A stretch of DNA of 62,704 nt, counting the filler. It is 6 parts of 6 records of this genome, joined end to end, with 100 filler letters (N's around TTAATTAATTAA, not from the genome) between each part and the next. Parts side by side here need not be neighbours in the genome. Positions count along the whole stretch, not along the records: positions 38,497 to 57,212 come from SRR20825019_1225; 5 more parts are not named here. One strand, written 5' to 3'. The notes beneath the pieces were generated by a model. The model made no database searches and was not told the DNA's origin. It saw only the letters and a list, made by a program, of their open reading frames with translations. Below are positions 44,401 through 56,329 of the stretch, in pieces. The translations under genes were made by a program, and so were the position numbers. The stretch's first letter is position 1. Every line of letters starts with the position of its first letter.

Positions 44401-47400
44401 TACGGAAGAACCCCTTCTCGATCGGGACTGATTCGTGACCAACCGGGTACCGAATGCGTTCGCCTGGTCATGCAGACCCTGATCGCAAGTAGTTAGCCCA
44501 ACGCAAGATGTAGCTGCGAAATAATTACCGTGTGATGGATGAGGGCAGAGAGGACGTGGCGCAGCGCCGCCTCCATGGTCGGCGTGAGCTTATGACGGGG
44601 GCCTCGACCCGCCAAATACTGCTCCCAAACCGCGCGGCCCGGCGTCCCATCCTGACCTCCAATAAGCCCGGTCAAAAATTCGCTCAGTGGAGGGGCTTCG
44701 CTCGTCGGGTACTCCACAGGTACCGGGGGAGGGCCCAATCCGATTGAGCGAGGTTCCTTCAAACCACAACTGAAGATTGCTGCATTGAGCACGTTCTTCA
44801 ACCTCCGCTCCTCGGGAGTGTGGGTGTCACCGCGAATAAGGCTCGAAGCCACATCGGCACAGACCAAGGCCAGTGACTGCATAGACGCTATCAGAAACAA
44901 TTGAGAACAAGTGGGCTCCGCCGGATTCTCACCCTTGCAATATCGACGTCGGGGCTCAAGCGAAGTGGCTTGCCCGAGGCATGGCCAATGACCGTGCAAC
45001 GATAACCCCACATGACATATGATGAGTCAGAGACAAAATGGAAGTAAACGCGGTCACCCTCGATTATGACAGGTTTGCTGGGCCAGCATGATGAACGGCC
45101 GCTGTAATGATGACGCACGGCGCGCTACGGAGGTACATGAGAACGGGACAAGAATGCACCACAGCCAACATACAGTTATTGGATCCGTGTACAGCTCAAG
45201 GTAGTCACAGCCACTCTCCGTGCAGCACTGTGCATCAAAGTGCAGGGACAAGTACGACGCCCCCGGTATTGAGACAAGGTCCGTAGTATCTAAATAGACA
45301 TGTCAGTTCTCCCCATCATGAAAACAGAGCAGAACCCTACTCATGTTGTTGTGATACGAGTGTGCTGTCTCAACAATACGCTTGCCACACTTGGTCTCGG
45401 CTGATTGGATAGGGCTATACTCCACCGCAGATGCCTACACAATCCCATTAGAAATAGTGACTCAAGCATGCGACACATGAAATTCCGTACAGTCTGCGCG
45501 GCAATCTGGCTTGCCACCGCCACCAGAGGCTCAATGATCTCGGTGGCCTCGGATGTTGGCACGTCGTTTGTGCGTATGGCGAGAAGCACCATGGGCAGCA
45601 GCTCCTGAACGATGAAAGGAGTCTCCCTTGAGTCACTGCGCACAACAAGTTAATGTCCATGGCAGTTTCACCCAACCCTGTGACCACTACCTGTTCAGAG
45701 CGGGCATGCACGCTTTCATCACCCGTACCGCAAAGGGCACAGTGAGCTTGTTGTCTCCGAATGTACAAATGGAGCTGACCCATCGCTTCAGAACTGCGCC
45801 AAGGCACCGCCTCGTGGACCAGCGCATGTCTGCCGAAGAGTCGTCGACAGCCACGAGTTGCAGGAGAAGGTCTGACATCTCATCCACCAGTTTCCCTTCC
45901 TTATACTTGGCCTCTACAAATCCGTGCACAATGTCGCTGATCCGCTCCAGGGCAGTGGGTGCGGTGACCAGTTCCATGAGCACCTTTCGAATTCCATTCG
46001 GTAGAGTGGCCACACCTTCTAGGATCGATTGATCAACACCGCATACCGTCACGATGCCGTCCACCGCGCCTTTACACCTGCCAGCACCCTCATCTTGAGA
46101 CTCTGGCAGACCTGCCTCGACTCCACGCGCATCACCGCCAAAGAGATGGACCAAATAAACCATGTAACCCGCGTGACCCAAGTAGGCCATCAGGCACGAA
46201 TCCAGCAGGACACACGCAGACTCATGAATGGCGTCAGATAACTGGTTGTTGCTAAGAAGTCCGATTGCCGCTTCGATTGTGTGAACGACCGGACACTCCT
46301 TCCCATGCACTCGCTGCAGTGGCGGTTCCAACTTGTTCATGACGGGCACAAAGCTATAGAAACCTGAGCAACCATTCCCGCTCGCGATCTGTACTGCACG
46401 GTCCACATTCATTGTTGCAAGAGCAATTATGTCATTGAGCAATTCCTTGCTAACATCGTGCTGAGACTTTTGAAGAAGATTGATGCACTTCAGCAGCGGC
46501 TCCATGTTGGGCTCAATGCATAGCGGCTCGGTCCGACGGCCGGACAAATCATCAAACAGGGCATCAGCGGGAATCCCTGGCCTGGTGTAAGGATTCCGCT
46601 TCGCTTTAGAAAGAATGGAACCCGCGAGCCTCCTCGCGAGACCCAAAAGTGTCAGTGATGCATTCTTTGCAGCCGCCGGAGTGACAAGATTCTCCGGCGT
46701 GGAAGATGTCAAGTCCGTTTGAATACCTGGCACAGCATTGTAGTGCCGTCGCAGAGAAAACTGTTTGGTATCTACGGCGTAGAGCACCCCCTCGACTCTA
46801 TCATAGCATATAAGTGCGGAGCCCGCATGATCCTTTTGTAGTTCAGCCGTGCACCATGCAGGCCCCCGGAACGATGCTCCGTCATACAGCGAAATCCAAT
46901 GTGAAGAGCTTCCCTTTGTATGTAGTAGTTTCATCGCTGCCCCATCACTGCAAGGTATCGCACATTCACCGAAGAACAGGGGAATGGGCGGGGTGGACAT
47001 GACCTTTCCACTATCAAGCGCGGGGCAGCATACTTCCACCTCCGATACCACGGCACCTCCGCCAGACTGAAGCGGCAACAAGCCAACCGTCTTGAAGGGA
47101 ACATAATCTCCGGGACAGTCGGGTTGGAACATGACGCAAGCAGGATCCACGTCTGCCAAAAGGGCAGTGGCGTCATCACTTCCAAAACATGTCAGCAACC
47201 TCACCAACACGAAATCAACAAGTACTCACCAAAACGGAGCGCCTTCCTTCGTCTTGATTCGGACTGGTGAACAGGGCCCGATATACACGCGCGCCACGCC
47301 TTCTACCAATGTGATTCGCACAGAATATACTTCGCCACTCGACAAAAATGATGGAAGCGACTGAACCATGCAGGAGCGAAGAGGTCCCGAAACGGACTTC

Positions 47401-50187
47401 ACCTGCTGACTTGCTGCGGAGACGGCAGCCGAGGCATTCGAGGCAAGTACACGAGAATAAGACGCGGTGTTGCCTGCTCCCGCCCCATTAAGCTCAAGGG
47501 TGATCACGCGCCACTCGGGTTCCGGAAGGCAAGCCTGATCGACGCTGGGATCCTCCGGGTACACTGATTCCGTTGAGAAGACGACAGAGACACCATCAGC
47601 ACCAGAGCCCGCCCGGAGCTTGAATGTCACAGCGGCATACTCGCCCAGAAGAACGTCAGGCATCTGCAGCCCCGGGTTCTCATCACCATCGCTGTTCCAC
47701 AAAGAATGGGGAGGTAGCATTGTCGGCATCCATATGGCGCCGGGGACAGGAGGGTTGTAGCTCACTGCAAGTTTGTCTGCTCCGACAGTAGCAACTTGAC
47801 TTAGGTCGAATATCCCAGGTTCAGTTTCCTTGCAGCCGACCACCGCCCTCCACTCATCGCTGATAGGCAGGCCGCACACAATCAGGTTGCTGACCTTAGC
47901 GCCGCAGCTGGTCTGAGGTAGCCTGCCCATATTCACCCGGACAGTCTTTGAATACACCAAGTCGGAGCTGTACACGTCGATGTACACTCCTGGTGACCAT
48001 TTGGTAGCCTCGCCATCATCAAGCTCCCCGAACAAATCGCTTTCCTGATTATCACTTGCTGCTGGCCCTGTGAGGTTTGAATCTGTCGCAGCTGCATCCT
48101 TCTTAGTGCTGCCTTCATTCTGCGAGCAGTTATCCTCCCCATTATGGGTGTCACCATCATTATTATTCGCGCAACTCTTATCATCCGATTTCGCTCCCTT
48201 GGTCTCCGCACCAGGCCGAGAAGGCACGTGGACCTTCCGTATTACATAGGCATTCACACCATCGCTAGTGACTTCGCCATCATTCACACTGCCAACAAAC
48301 TTGAAACCATCCACTCGGGCGCAATTCTCCAACTCCGGATTCAACCGCACCACTGCGTCACGAAGAATCAGATAGCAGCCAGAGAGTGTGCCCACAAGAC
48401 GGGTGTTTTTCTTCGCATGCGGTTTAGGCTTGACAGACTCCAGAATATCTTGGATGGAACGAGACGCGACAATCGTGGATGGTGACGTCCCACAAGTACC
48501 AGTGCCAAGCACGTGAATCATACCCGAGTGCAACACTGTAGCGCAGTCAGCAACATATGGTCGTGGCACGATCCATTACCTACCATAGAGGTATCCCTTG
48601 GAGAATGCGATACAACGGCCGTAACCAGCCAGGTCCAGGATCGTCCCACCAGGGCTCTTGACAGGGCTTCGAGGTGTGGAATCTACGGGCAATTTTTCAT
48701 CGCTGCTGTCGTCGGTGAGGCGCGGCGGCATTGGGTCAGTTGCCGCGGGACCCAGACTCAGGGGTGGTGGCGCTGCCTTTGCTGCGCCAGCGATGGCATC
48801 CTGCAGCTGAGCCACAAGCACGGACTGGCCCGGCCACAAGTGCAGGGGACCCACTGCCGGTGTGAGGGAGGTTCGTTCTAGGGCGTATATATACGGCTCT
48901 ACAGCTTTCAACCACGCTCCAATCATGGTCGGATCAGCACTCTCCGCCCGATCAATCAGTCCGGCCAACGCTTCGAAAAGACAAACCGCGGACCTGGCAT
49001 GTATTCATAAGGGGGTGTGCAAACAGTCAAGCCATCCGAACACGTACCCTGTCGCCACTCCCACCGCGAGGCGCACGGTCAATATTCCCACTGCATAGTG
49101 GGGGTCCTCAGCCTTGTCCTTGGAGATGGAATCGAGCCATCCGATAATGCTCAAAATGGCACTGCGATCGTGCTGGAGGGAGAGCGACACCATGTGAAGT
49201 GCAGTCACAATCCCATCGATGGTCTGCCGGGTGAACTCGGAGGCACGGCTGCATCCAACATCAGGGAAAGCGGGGCACGACCCGGGCTGTACTTCTTACC
49301 CAACACTGAAGAAGAGCTGCATGAACACACCCACCGCATCGTTGCGGCTATCGGGGGGACTCCCTCCTTCGGATTGGCTATCTGTTCCAGGCTCAGCCCA
49401 GACCCACATGCACAGGTCGGATTCACAGCATACCTCCTAGCACCGCCATTGTCTGCCACTTCATTCCACGGCGCTGGGTCAGCTTGGCCTGTCCAAGGTA
49501 ACCCGCCTGCATCACCTTCTGGCGGGCCTCCTGTGACCAGCGTGAGACCTTCGTGTGGGTGCTCAGTCACTGCGACGAACGCACCTGAAGCCGACTGAAC
49601 ATCGACGATATCTCGAGTTTGCTTCCAAAAGACTCCTTGATCCTCGTCTCGATCATTGACATAGAGTTCTGCAGCAGCCCCCCGCCCTCCCGGTCCTCCA
49701 CGACCAAGTAGTCCTGGATACCGGGCATTTCTCCCTTCTTGGCCGACACTTGACTCTGTGCCGCCAGGCCTTCCTTTGTGATCCCAGAGCCTCGGGCCAG
49801 CACCACGTCGTCGTTAGTAATTCCTTCGAATGCCTGCAATGCCGTCACCCCCACAAACATGGACCCAAGCAACGCCAAACTCATACCGATCGAACGTCTT
49901 CAATCGCACAGATGTACTCGTTGACGTACTCCCGCACGTTTGTATCCTTGGCGTTGGAATAGGCGAAGCCGCGCTGGGCTGCACGGCTCCCCGATGTCTC
50001 ATAGAGCGGCCGCAGCCACTCCTTCCCGTCGTACAATGCAGACGCCTGCCCCCTCCTTGCACCACCGCTGGCGAGGGCCGCCTCCATCCGGCGTTGAGCT
50101 GCAGCCAGCTCCGCCTATCCACTGGTCAGCACATAATTTTCTCCCCCGATGCCCACCTCCGCACAGTACCTTCTGCTGAGCTGCCAT
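38497..50187 (-). CDS. Giant multi-exon protein with CUB-like and RanBPM-type SPRY domains, probably an HECTD4/HERC-like E3 ubiquitin ligase (3'-truncated)
   Basis: Start MAAQQK|AELAAAQRRMEAAL at 50187, with contiguous minus-strand exons over 11.7 kb. CUB-like IPGASYLSLHFDAQCCTESGCDYL..GDRVYFHFVSDSSYVMWGY (~44990-45390). SPRY MPGWSQGTVGYHGDDG..DVIGCG..FFTKNG..LYPIVGM..NFGQEPFAFD (~39170-39790). No HECT domain is visible, so E3 is inference. Confidence 0.75.
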
Positions 50188-50269
50188 AATCACCCCAATA
50201 CTACAGAAAGTGTGTCCGTCCAAGGGCACTATATGTACGAGTGAAAAATACAAAGCCCGCCTGGCCAGA

Positions 50270-51420
50270 GTAGACGGGACACGCAGTCCAGCATCATTGA
50301 GCTGCACCCCAACGAGGGCCGGGGCTTCCCGCTCCGACTCCCACGCCCGGCTTGCCATAGTAGGCCGCACTGGCACAGAACCCCCCCCCCGCCTTCACGG
50401 CCCGCCTAGGCCGGTCTGGCAGCACTACACCCAGCACCTGGCCAAGGCGCCGGCACCTCCACCCTGGTCTTCGTGCGGGGGAGGACGGGGGGCGGTGCGG
50501 TCGGCCGCGCGGCCCTGGACGAGCCCGCCGCCGGCGTTTGGCCGGCCTGCCGAGCAGCGGCACCGGGCAGGGGTCGCCCCGAGGAGGGCGACCGCGGCCA
50601 CTCACTCGGACCGCGGCCGCGGCGCCGGCCCCGGCCGGGGGCCCGCCGGTCGCCCCGCCCGGCGCGCGGACCGGCCGTTTGGGACCGGGCGGGCCGTCGG
50701 GTCACTACCACCCTGCTGCCCGGCTGCCGGGGCACAGGCCGGACCGGCCCGGGCCGTTCCCCGGGCCAGGCGGGTCACCGACGGCGAGGGGCTCCTCGGA
50801 TTTATTGTTGACATATGTCGACGTGACTGTCGACCAACACTCATTCCCAATTGGGATGAGACAGCGACAGTTTGTTGGGCAGGCGTCGAGGCGCCCCTGG
50901 GCCCGCCTGGTGGGCGACCGTCGGCGACGCGATCCGGCGACGCCGGGCCGGCCCGGGCGGCCCCCGCGAGGAACTGCCGCTGACCCTTCCGAGTCCTCCT
51001 CGCAGACCGCCTGCCGCGTGCCCAAAGGACGACGGCCCACCGGCTGAGGCAGCGCGTTGGTGGCGTCCGGGTCGTCGTCTGACTGTCCTGGTTCGGTTCT
51101 TCGGCGCCCGGCGTCGCCGAAGTCACGGATCGGCCCGGCCCGGCGGCCGACGTCCGGGACAGGCACGGATTCTCTGGTGTTGGGGCACCGGCACTGCGGC
51201 ACGCTGCGCCGATGCGCCGGGGCGGGCCGACCGGACCGTCCCGTGACGGACCGTGGTCGGCGGCCGACCGGCGGCCCGGTCCGTGACACCGGTCCGCCGG
51301 ACCGGACTGAGCCTCTCTCTGACTGGCGGCCCGGCCGGGCCGGGCCGGCAGCGGGGCGCTCCTGCGGAGTGCCAAACTGTGGTTGGGAATCGGGAACTGG
51401 GGCGGTGGTGTCGAGGCAAC
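50270..51420. promoter_or_regulatory. GC-rich intergenic island between divergent genes
   Basis: About 1.1 kb GC/CCGG-rich tract between starts at 50187(-) and 51495(+). Confidence 0.6.
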
Positions 51421-51494
51421 GTGAGTCCAGTGACCAAACTAGTAAATGCGACCGCTTGACAATTATAGCACACACAGGGTGCTAGTGCTGCACC

Positions 51495-54400
51495 ATGGTC
51501 GCCCCAGGTGACCCAGGCCGGAGCCTGCTGGCCCTTACTGACACCCAGAGTGTACTAACTGCTTATGGCGTCACGCTGGGTTTTCTAGTTTTGTTGCTGC
51601 CGTGCGTAGTGATGTGCCTGTGGCAGATGTGGGTTGTCAATAGAAAATTCACTGGTCCTAAGAACGCAGGTGGGAGACAAACTATGGTTCATAGTACTGC
51701 GCTGACGCTCGAGTAGGTGGATTGACGTTTCGGCAACAAGCCCTGGTGTTCGTTTTCTCGTCTTCTCCTGTTGGAGACCTCATCAGCATTGCGCAAATCA
51801 CTTGCAGTTTTATCAGCTGCGTGATATTTATCGTTGAGTCATATCATGGCATGAACCAGGACGAGTACTTCATCTTTTTGATGCTCGAGCTTCTCTTCAC
51901 TCCGATATATACTATCGACTTCTGTGTGCGGTTGTACTTTTCGGACAACAGGTAAGCTAATGCCTTTACTAGGTGTGGCATGCCATTGACTGAATATCCA
52001 GGATTGCCTTCCTCTTCTATTTCTCCACATTTGTAGATGTGTTCACTACAATCCCTATATGGGCTCTATCAATCATGTATGCCACCAACACGATGAGAGA
52101 TCCTGTAGAGACACTAGTGTTCCTGAGGTAATATCCCGCGGCACGCAGGTGAACCCAAATTGACGTCGCTGCAGATTTGCACGAATGGTCAAGGTGTTTA
52201 GCCTTGTGCGAATTTTGAAGTGGGCCCGGGCCCGATTCCTCATTGGTCTTCAAAGAGAGATTTTCCAGCTCGGGTTCGTCTTAGCGGCTCTCATTTTCAT
52301 ATTCACGGGAATATTTCAAATTGTCGAGACGGCAGGCGGCACTGACGTAGAGTTCCATGAGGTACAGCAACCGTGGCCGGGTACGCGGCCTTGCTTGACG
52401 TGAATTCGCAGGTCCTGTACTTCATGATGATCACCGTTCTGGGAAGACCCACCGTGAATATCACCACCACGATGGGTTATTACACCGTGATGATTTTGGT
52501 TATGGGGGCGTCGGTGTTTGTTCCTCTCCAGCTTTCCAAGGTAAGGGATTGTGCCATCCTTACGGGAATCACCAGCTAACCATCCTCGATAGATTTTTGA
52601 AATTTGGCAGATTGATAAGTCATACCGTGCTTCGTACAGCATCAACAGGAGATCAAAGCACATCGTTCTTTGTGGAGATGTGTCGTCCAACTCCGTTGGT
52701 GATTTTCTTAAGGAATTCTACCACGAGGGAAGGGCTATCGGGAAGAATCTAACCAAGTCAGTCGTCGTATCCCGCCTTAAGATGTCAAACTCGTTGCGTA
52801 CCCTATTTGAGTTGCCAGAATTGCGGCAGTATGTGATGTACATTCGGGGTACCGTGATGGAAGAGGCTGATCTAGACCGCGCCGCCGCACATGACGCCGA
52901 CGCCATTTTCATTTTGGTACGTTGGTGTCGCGTTGATAAAGGCAGCGATTGACCAGTGGTCCAGAGCAAGAAATTCAACCGTAGTGCTGATGAGGAGGAT
53001 CTTCTGAATATTGCAAGGACTTTGGCTATTAAGACCTACCGGCCGGATGCACGGATGTTTGTTCAAATCTTGAAACCTGAGAACAAGAAGCATATACTTG
53101 CGTTGCCTCAGGTATCAGCCGAAAAGGACACGGTCATATCCGTATGGGGGTTTAAGGTAAATCCGGCGCAGAAATGGGAGGTTTTGGACTGAGTAATGGA
53201 CTTGCAGATGAACATCCTTGCAAACAATTGCCTTACCGAGGGCGTCTCGACACTCATTGCGAATTTGACGAATAGCTATGACGTGCACGGCAGTTTGCCT
53301 CACTTTGCTAAGAAAAAGCCTATTCCCGGCTGGATGGAGGAGTACCGGTATGGTACTAACCAGGTATGACACCCCGCCTGTCTCTCTGTATTTTTTTATG
53401 GAGAGCACCCTCATCCCACATTCCTAGGACCTGTTTTTCTGGCAAATTCCGGAACGCTTCAAGGGACACTCTTTCACTACGGCCATCCGAGAAATCTATG
53501 AGAAATTTGGTGTAATGATGTTTGGTGTGGGCATGAAGGACAGGTAGGCCTTGTCTATGCATCTATGAAATTTATATTAAGACAGCTCTTTAGAAAATCC
53601 GATGGAGTTAAGGAAATCATTCTGAACCCGGGTCGAGAATATATTATCCGACCGGATGATATTGGCTGTATCATCGCGGCGAAAGACCAGTTGAAAAAAC
53701 TCACACGGACGTACAAACAGGTGTTTGACGAATACCACATGGTGGCAGAGGCACCTCGTGCTTCTATGATGCAGAGGAGAGGATCCAATGCAGACGCAAC
53801 GAAGGGATGGGGTCGCGCTAGGCTGGCAACAATATTTATGACGGGTGCTGGGTCGATATCAGCCCCTGTTGAGGGTATTGTTACTATGGCGAGTTCACCG
53901 AAACGTTCTCGAAATGTTAGCCTCGGTCACACGGTGACATTCGCGGATGACCAGACCCCAAAGAGCGTGCAAATGCAGGACATATCCATCGATCCTGTGC
54001 ACGCCGACACTGGGAGAGATGCGTATGAGAAGAAACTCCGGCGCAAAGCTGAACTCCGCACGTTCGTGAATGAAAGCAAAGGATACGCTGGAGATATGGG
54101 CATTCTGGCCCTTGATCTTGTGGAGCTCCTGGCGGAGGGAGGTTATAGCAAGATTCCCTCTAGCTTAAGTGGCTTGAACAACCCGCTGAAAATGAAGCCC
54201 AAATCATTGCAGGACTATTTTGAAAGTCATGATGGCGGAGGGGGTGCAGGCTTGCTTCCAATGTCTGATCTGAATAGCGGTGTAATGGACGACGTGCTTG
54301 GCGAAGACTTCAAGAATCACATCGTGGTGTGTGGATCCGTAAGCGCCATAGAGTATTTCTTGGATCCTTTGAGGTTTGTTTCTGCGTGTGATCAGAAAGG

Positions 54401-55472
54401 CTGGGGTTGACAGTGGTACACAGGGCCCCAAATATGGATAGTGAGCGAACCGTAGTCATCCTTCATGAAAGCGAACCATCTGAACATATTGTGGCCGTCT
54501 TGGCAGGATATCACCGAGTGTTTTACGTTCAGGGCAACCCGCTGGATAGGTATGATGTCTCCGCGTGTTCGTGAGGGAACCCCTGACGGTAGTGGTTATA
54601 GCAAGGACCTCGAGCGGGCGGGCATTAGCAATGCCGCCATGGCAGTGATCCTGGCCAACCCAGAGAAGGCGCGCGCCTTCATTACTAGCGAGGATGATAT
54701 TCACATCCGCGCGATCGACACTGATGCGATAGTCACCACGTTCAAGATTCGGGAGTTGAATCCGAGCATTAAAGTTGTCACGGAGCTGCTGGAGTCCACC
54801 ACTGCAAGGTCTGGTTCGATGTGCCTCGCCATGCTGTTAATCCCATGCTTACTCTCGGCTCGCAGGTTTTTGGAAGGTCAATATAATTCTGGCACGCCCA
54901 CAGACATATCTGAGGAGTTCAGATTCTCGGCGGCCTTTGCGTCTGGAGCGATGTTCCCAACGGCGTTGATTGATGCCATTGTGATCCAAGCATATTACAA
55001 CGAACATTTCATCACCATCATTAAGCAGATGCTTGACTCCAACCCCTCTTCGGACCTCGCCTCCATCACAGGTGCCAAGGCATTTTCGCGATCGGCCTAC
55101 ACAAGGAATGCGGTCATTCTGGTATGACTGAGTGAATCATTTGATATTTTCGTGTTGTTAAGTGTGCGCAGATGGAGGTTCCGGATGGATGCATCGGTGG
55201 GACATACGATGACCTTGCAGAACTTCTGTTCAAGAAAGACATTGTACCGCTGGGCCTGTACCGAGGGCGGTCTGCCCATGACACTTTGTTCAATTTTGTA
55301 TACACAAAGTAGGATCAATGAAGTGGCGATTGCCAACGACACGCTCCTAACGGTGATGTGCAGCCCGAAGAAAGGAACCATCGTGAATGGTGACGATAAG
55401 GTGTATGTCCTCAAGGCTGTCATTGCCACAGACTACGACCACAAGCACAGCAGCCCGTACCCTGTGTATTAG
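51495..55472 (+). CDS. Slo/BK-family ion channel (S0-S6 plus two RCK domains) with non-canonical pore loop; multi-exon
   Basis: TM region with S4 FLR|FARMVKVFSLVR. RCK1: KHIVLCG, FLKEFYHE, YIRGTVMEEADLDRA, QILKPENK, LANNCLTEGVSTLIANL, WMEEYRYG. RCK2: NHIVVCG, DLERAGI, FASGAMF, QAYYN, PLGLYR. Confidence 0.9.
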
Positions 55473-55797
55473 ATGGGATCTGGAGGTGATACCAAAGCTA
55501 TGGGCAAGAAAGGCCCCAAAGACTCGTAAGGAGACCAAATCAGCAAGCGGATTTATTCAACGTGGCGGTTCGTAGCTCTCCATTCTTATCGCATATGCCA
55601 GATGGGGGGTCCTTGATTATGAGTATTGCCTTCTCCTTGAATACAAATGGAACAGTGACGCCAAAAATCATTCCTATCATATTCATGCCGCAAATGCCAG
55701 CGTGGCCAACGATACTTGGAAAGCCATAGCCATATTAAATACCTTGTCTTTCCTCAACCTCGGGTTGGTTTTTGATACAAGAATGCCTAACTGGGGC

Positions 55798-56262
55798 CTA
55801 ACTAGAGTTCTGCCCCGAGGGGCCGAGGCTATTAATTGCCGCCACAGCCGCATCGGCCTCTGACTCTTGAACGAATATGTGGTCATGGAAATACGCAGCC
55901 ACTACGTTTGCACTTATGTTGCACTCCGTCAGCTTTGCTGATACAGCTGCCGTTAGCCCCACTGCCTCAAGACTACTGTGCACTTCAAGCGTGAGGCGAC
56001 TGAACGAGGCGGGATTATGCTCGAAACCGTCCATGTCAGATACGAGCGACAGGTCCGACGTATTAATGATTACGGTGAGTCCTTCCTTCTCCGAAAAGAG
56101 TCCAATTGGCTCCACTCCCTTATCATGAAGCTTACGCACCTCCTCCGTGAAGCCGGGCGTCGAAACACGGACTTTGCAGAACAAGAACCTTCCCTCAGTC
56201 TTCGCTGCTCTGAGACCAGAGAGGATGTTCGCTAGAGACTTTTCACCAAGGCTAGATGCCAT
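55798..56262 (-). CDS. ACT-domain protein (bacterial DUF2241/ACT_7-type), intronless
   Basis: GEKSLANIL, FSEKEGLTVI and RLTLEVHSSLEAVGLTAAVSAKLTECNISANVVAAYFHDHIFV. ATG at 56262. Confidence 0.85.
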   Translation of the reverse strand: MASSLGEKSLANILSGLRAAKTEGRFLFCKVRVSTPGFTEEVRKLHDKGVEPIGLFSEKEGLTVIINTSDLSLVSDMDGFEHNPASFSRLTLEVHSSLEAVGLTAAVSAKLTECNISANVVAAYFHDHIFVQESEADAAVAAINSLGPSGQNSS

Positions 56263-56329
56263 GTCGTCCGTTCCACTTGGGGTCTGGCCTTGTAGTTTGA
56301 GTTTGTTGGCGCTTGATGGAATTATTTCA

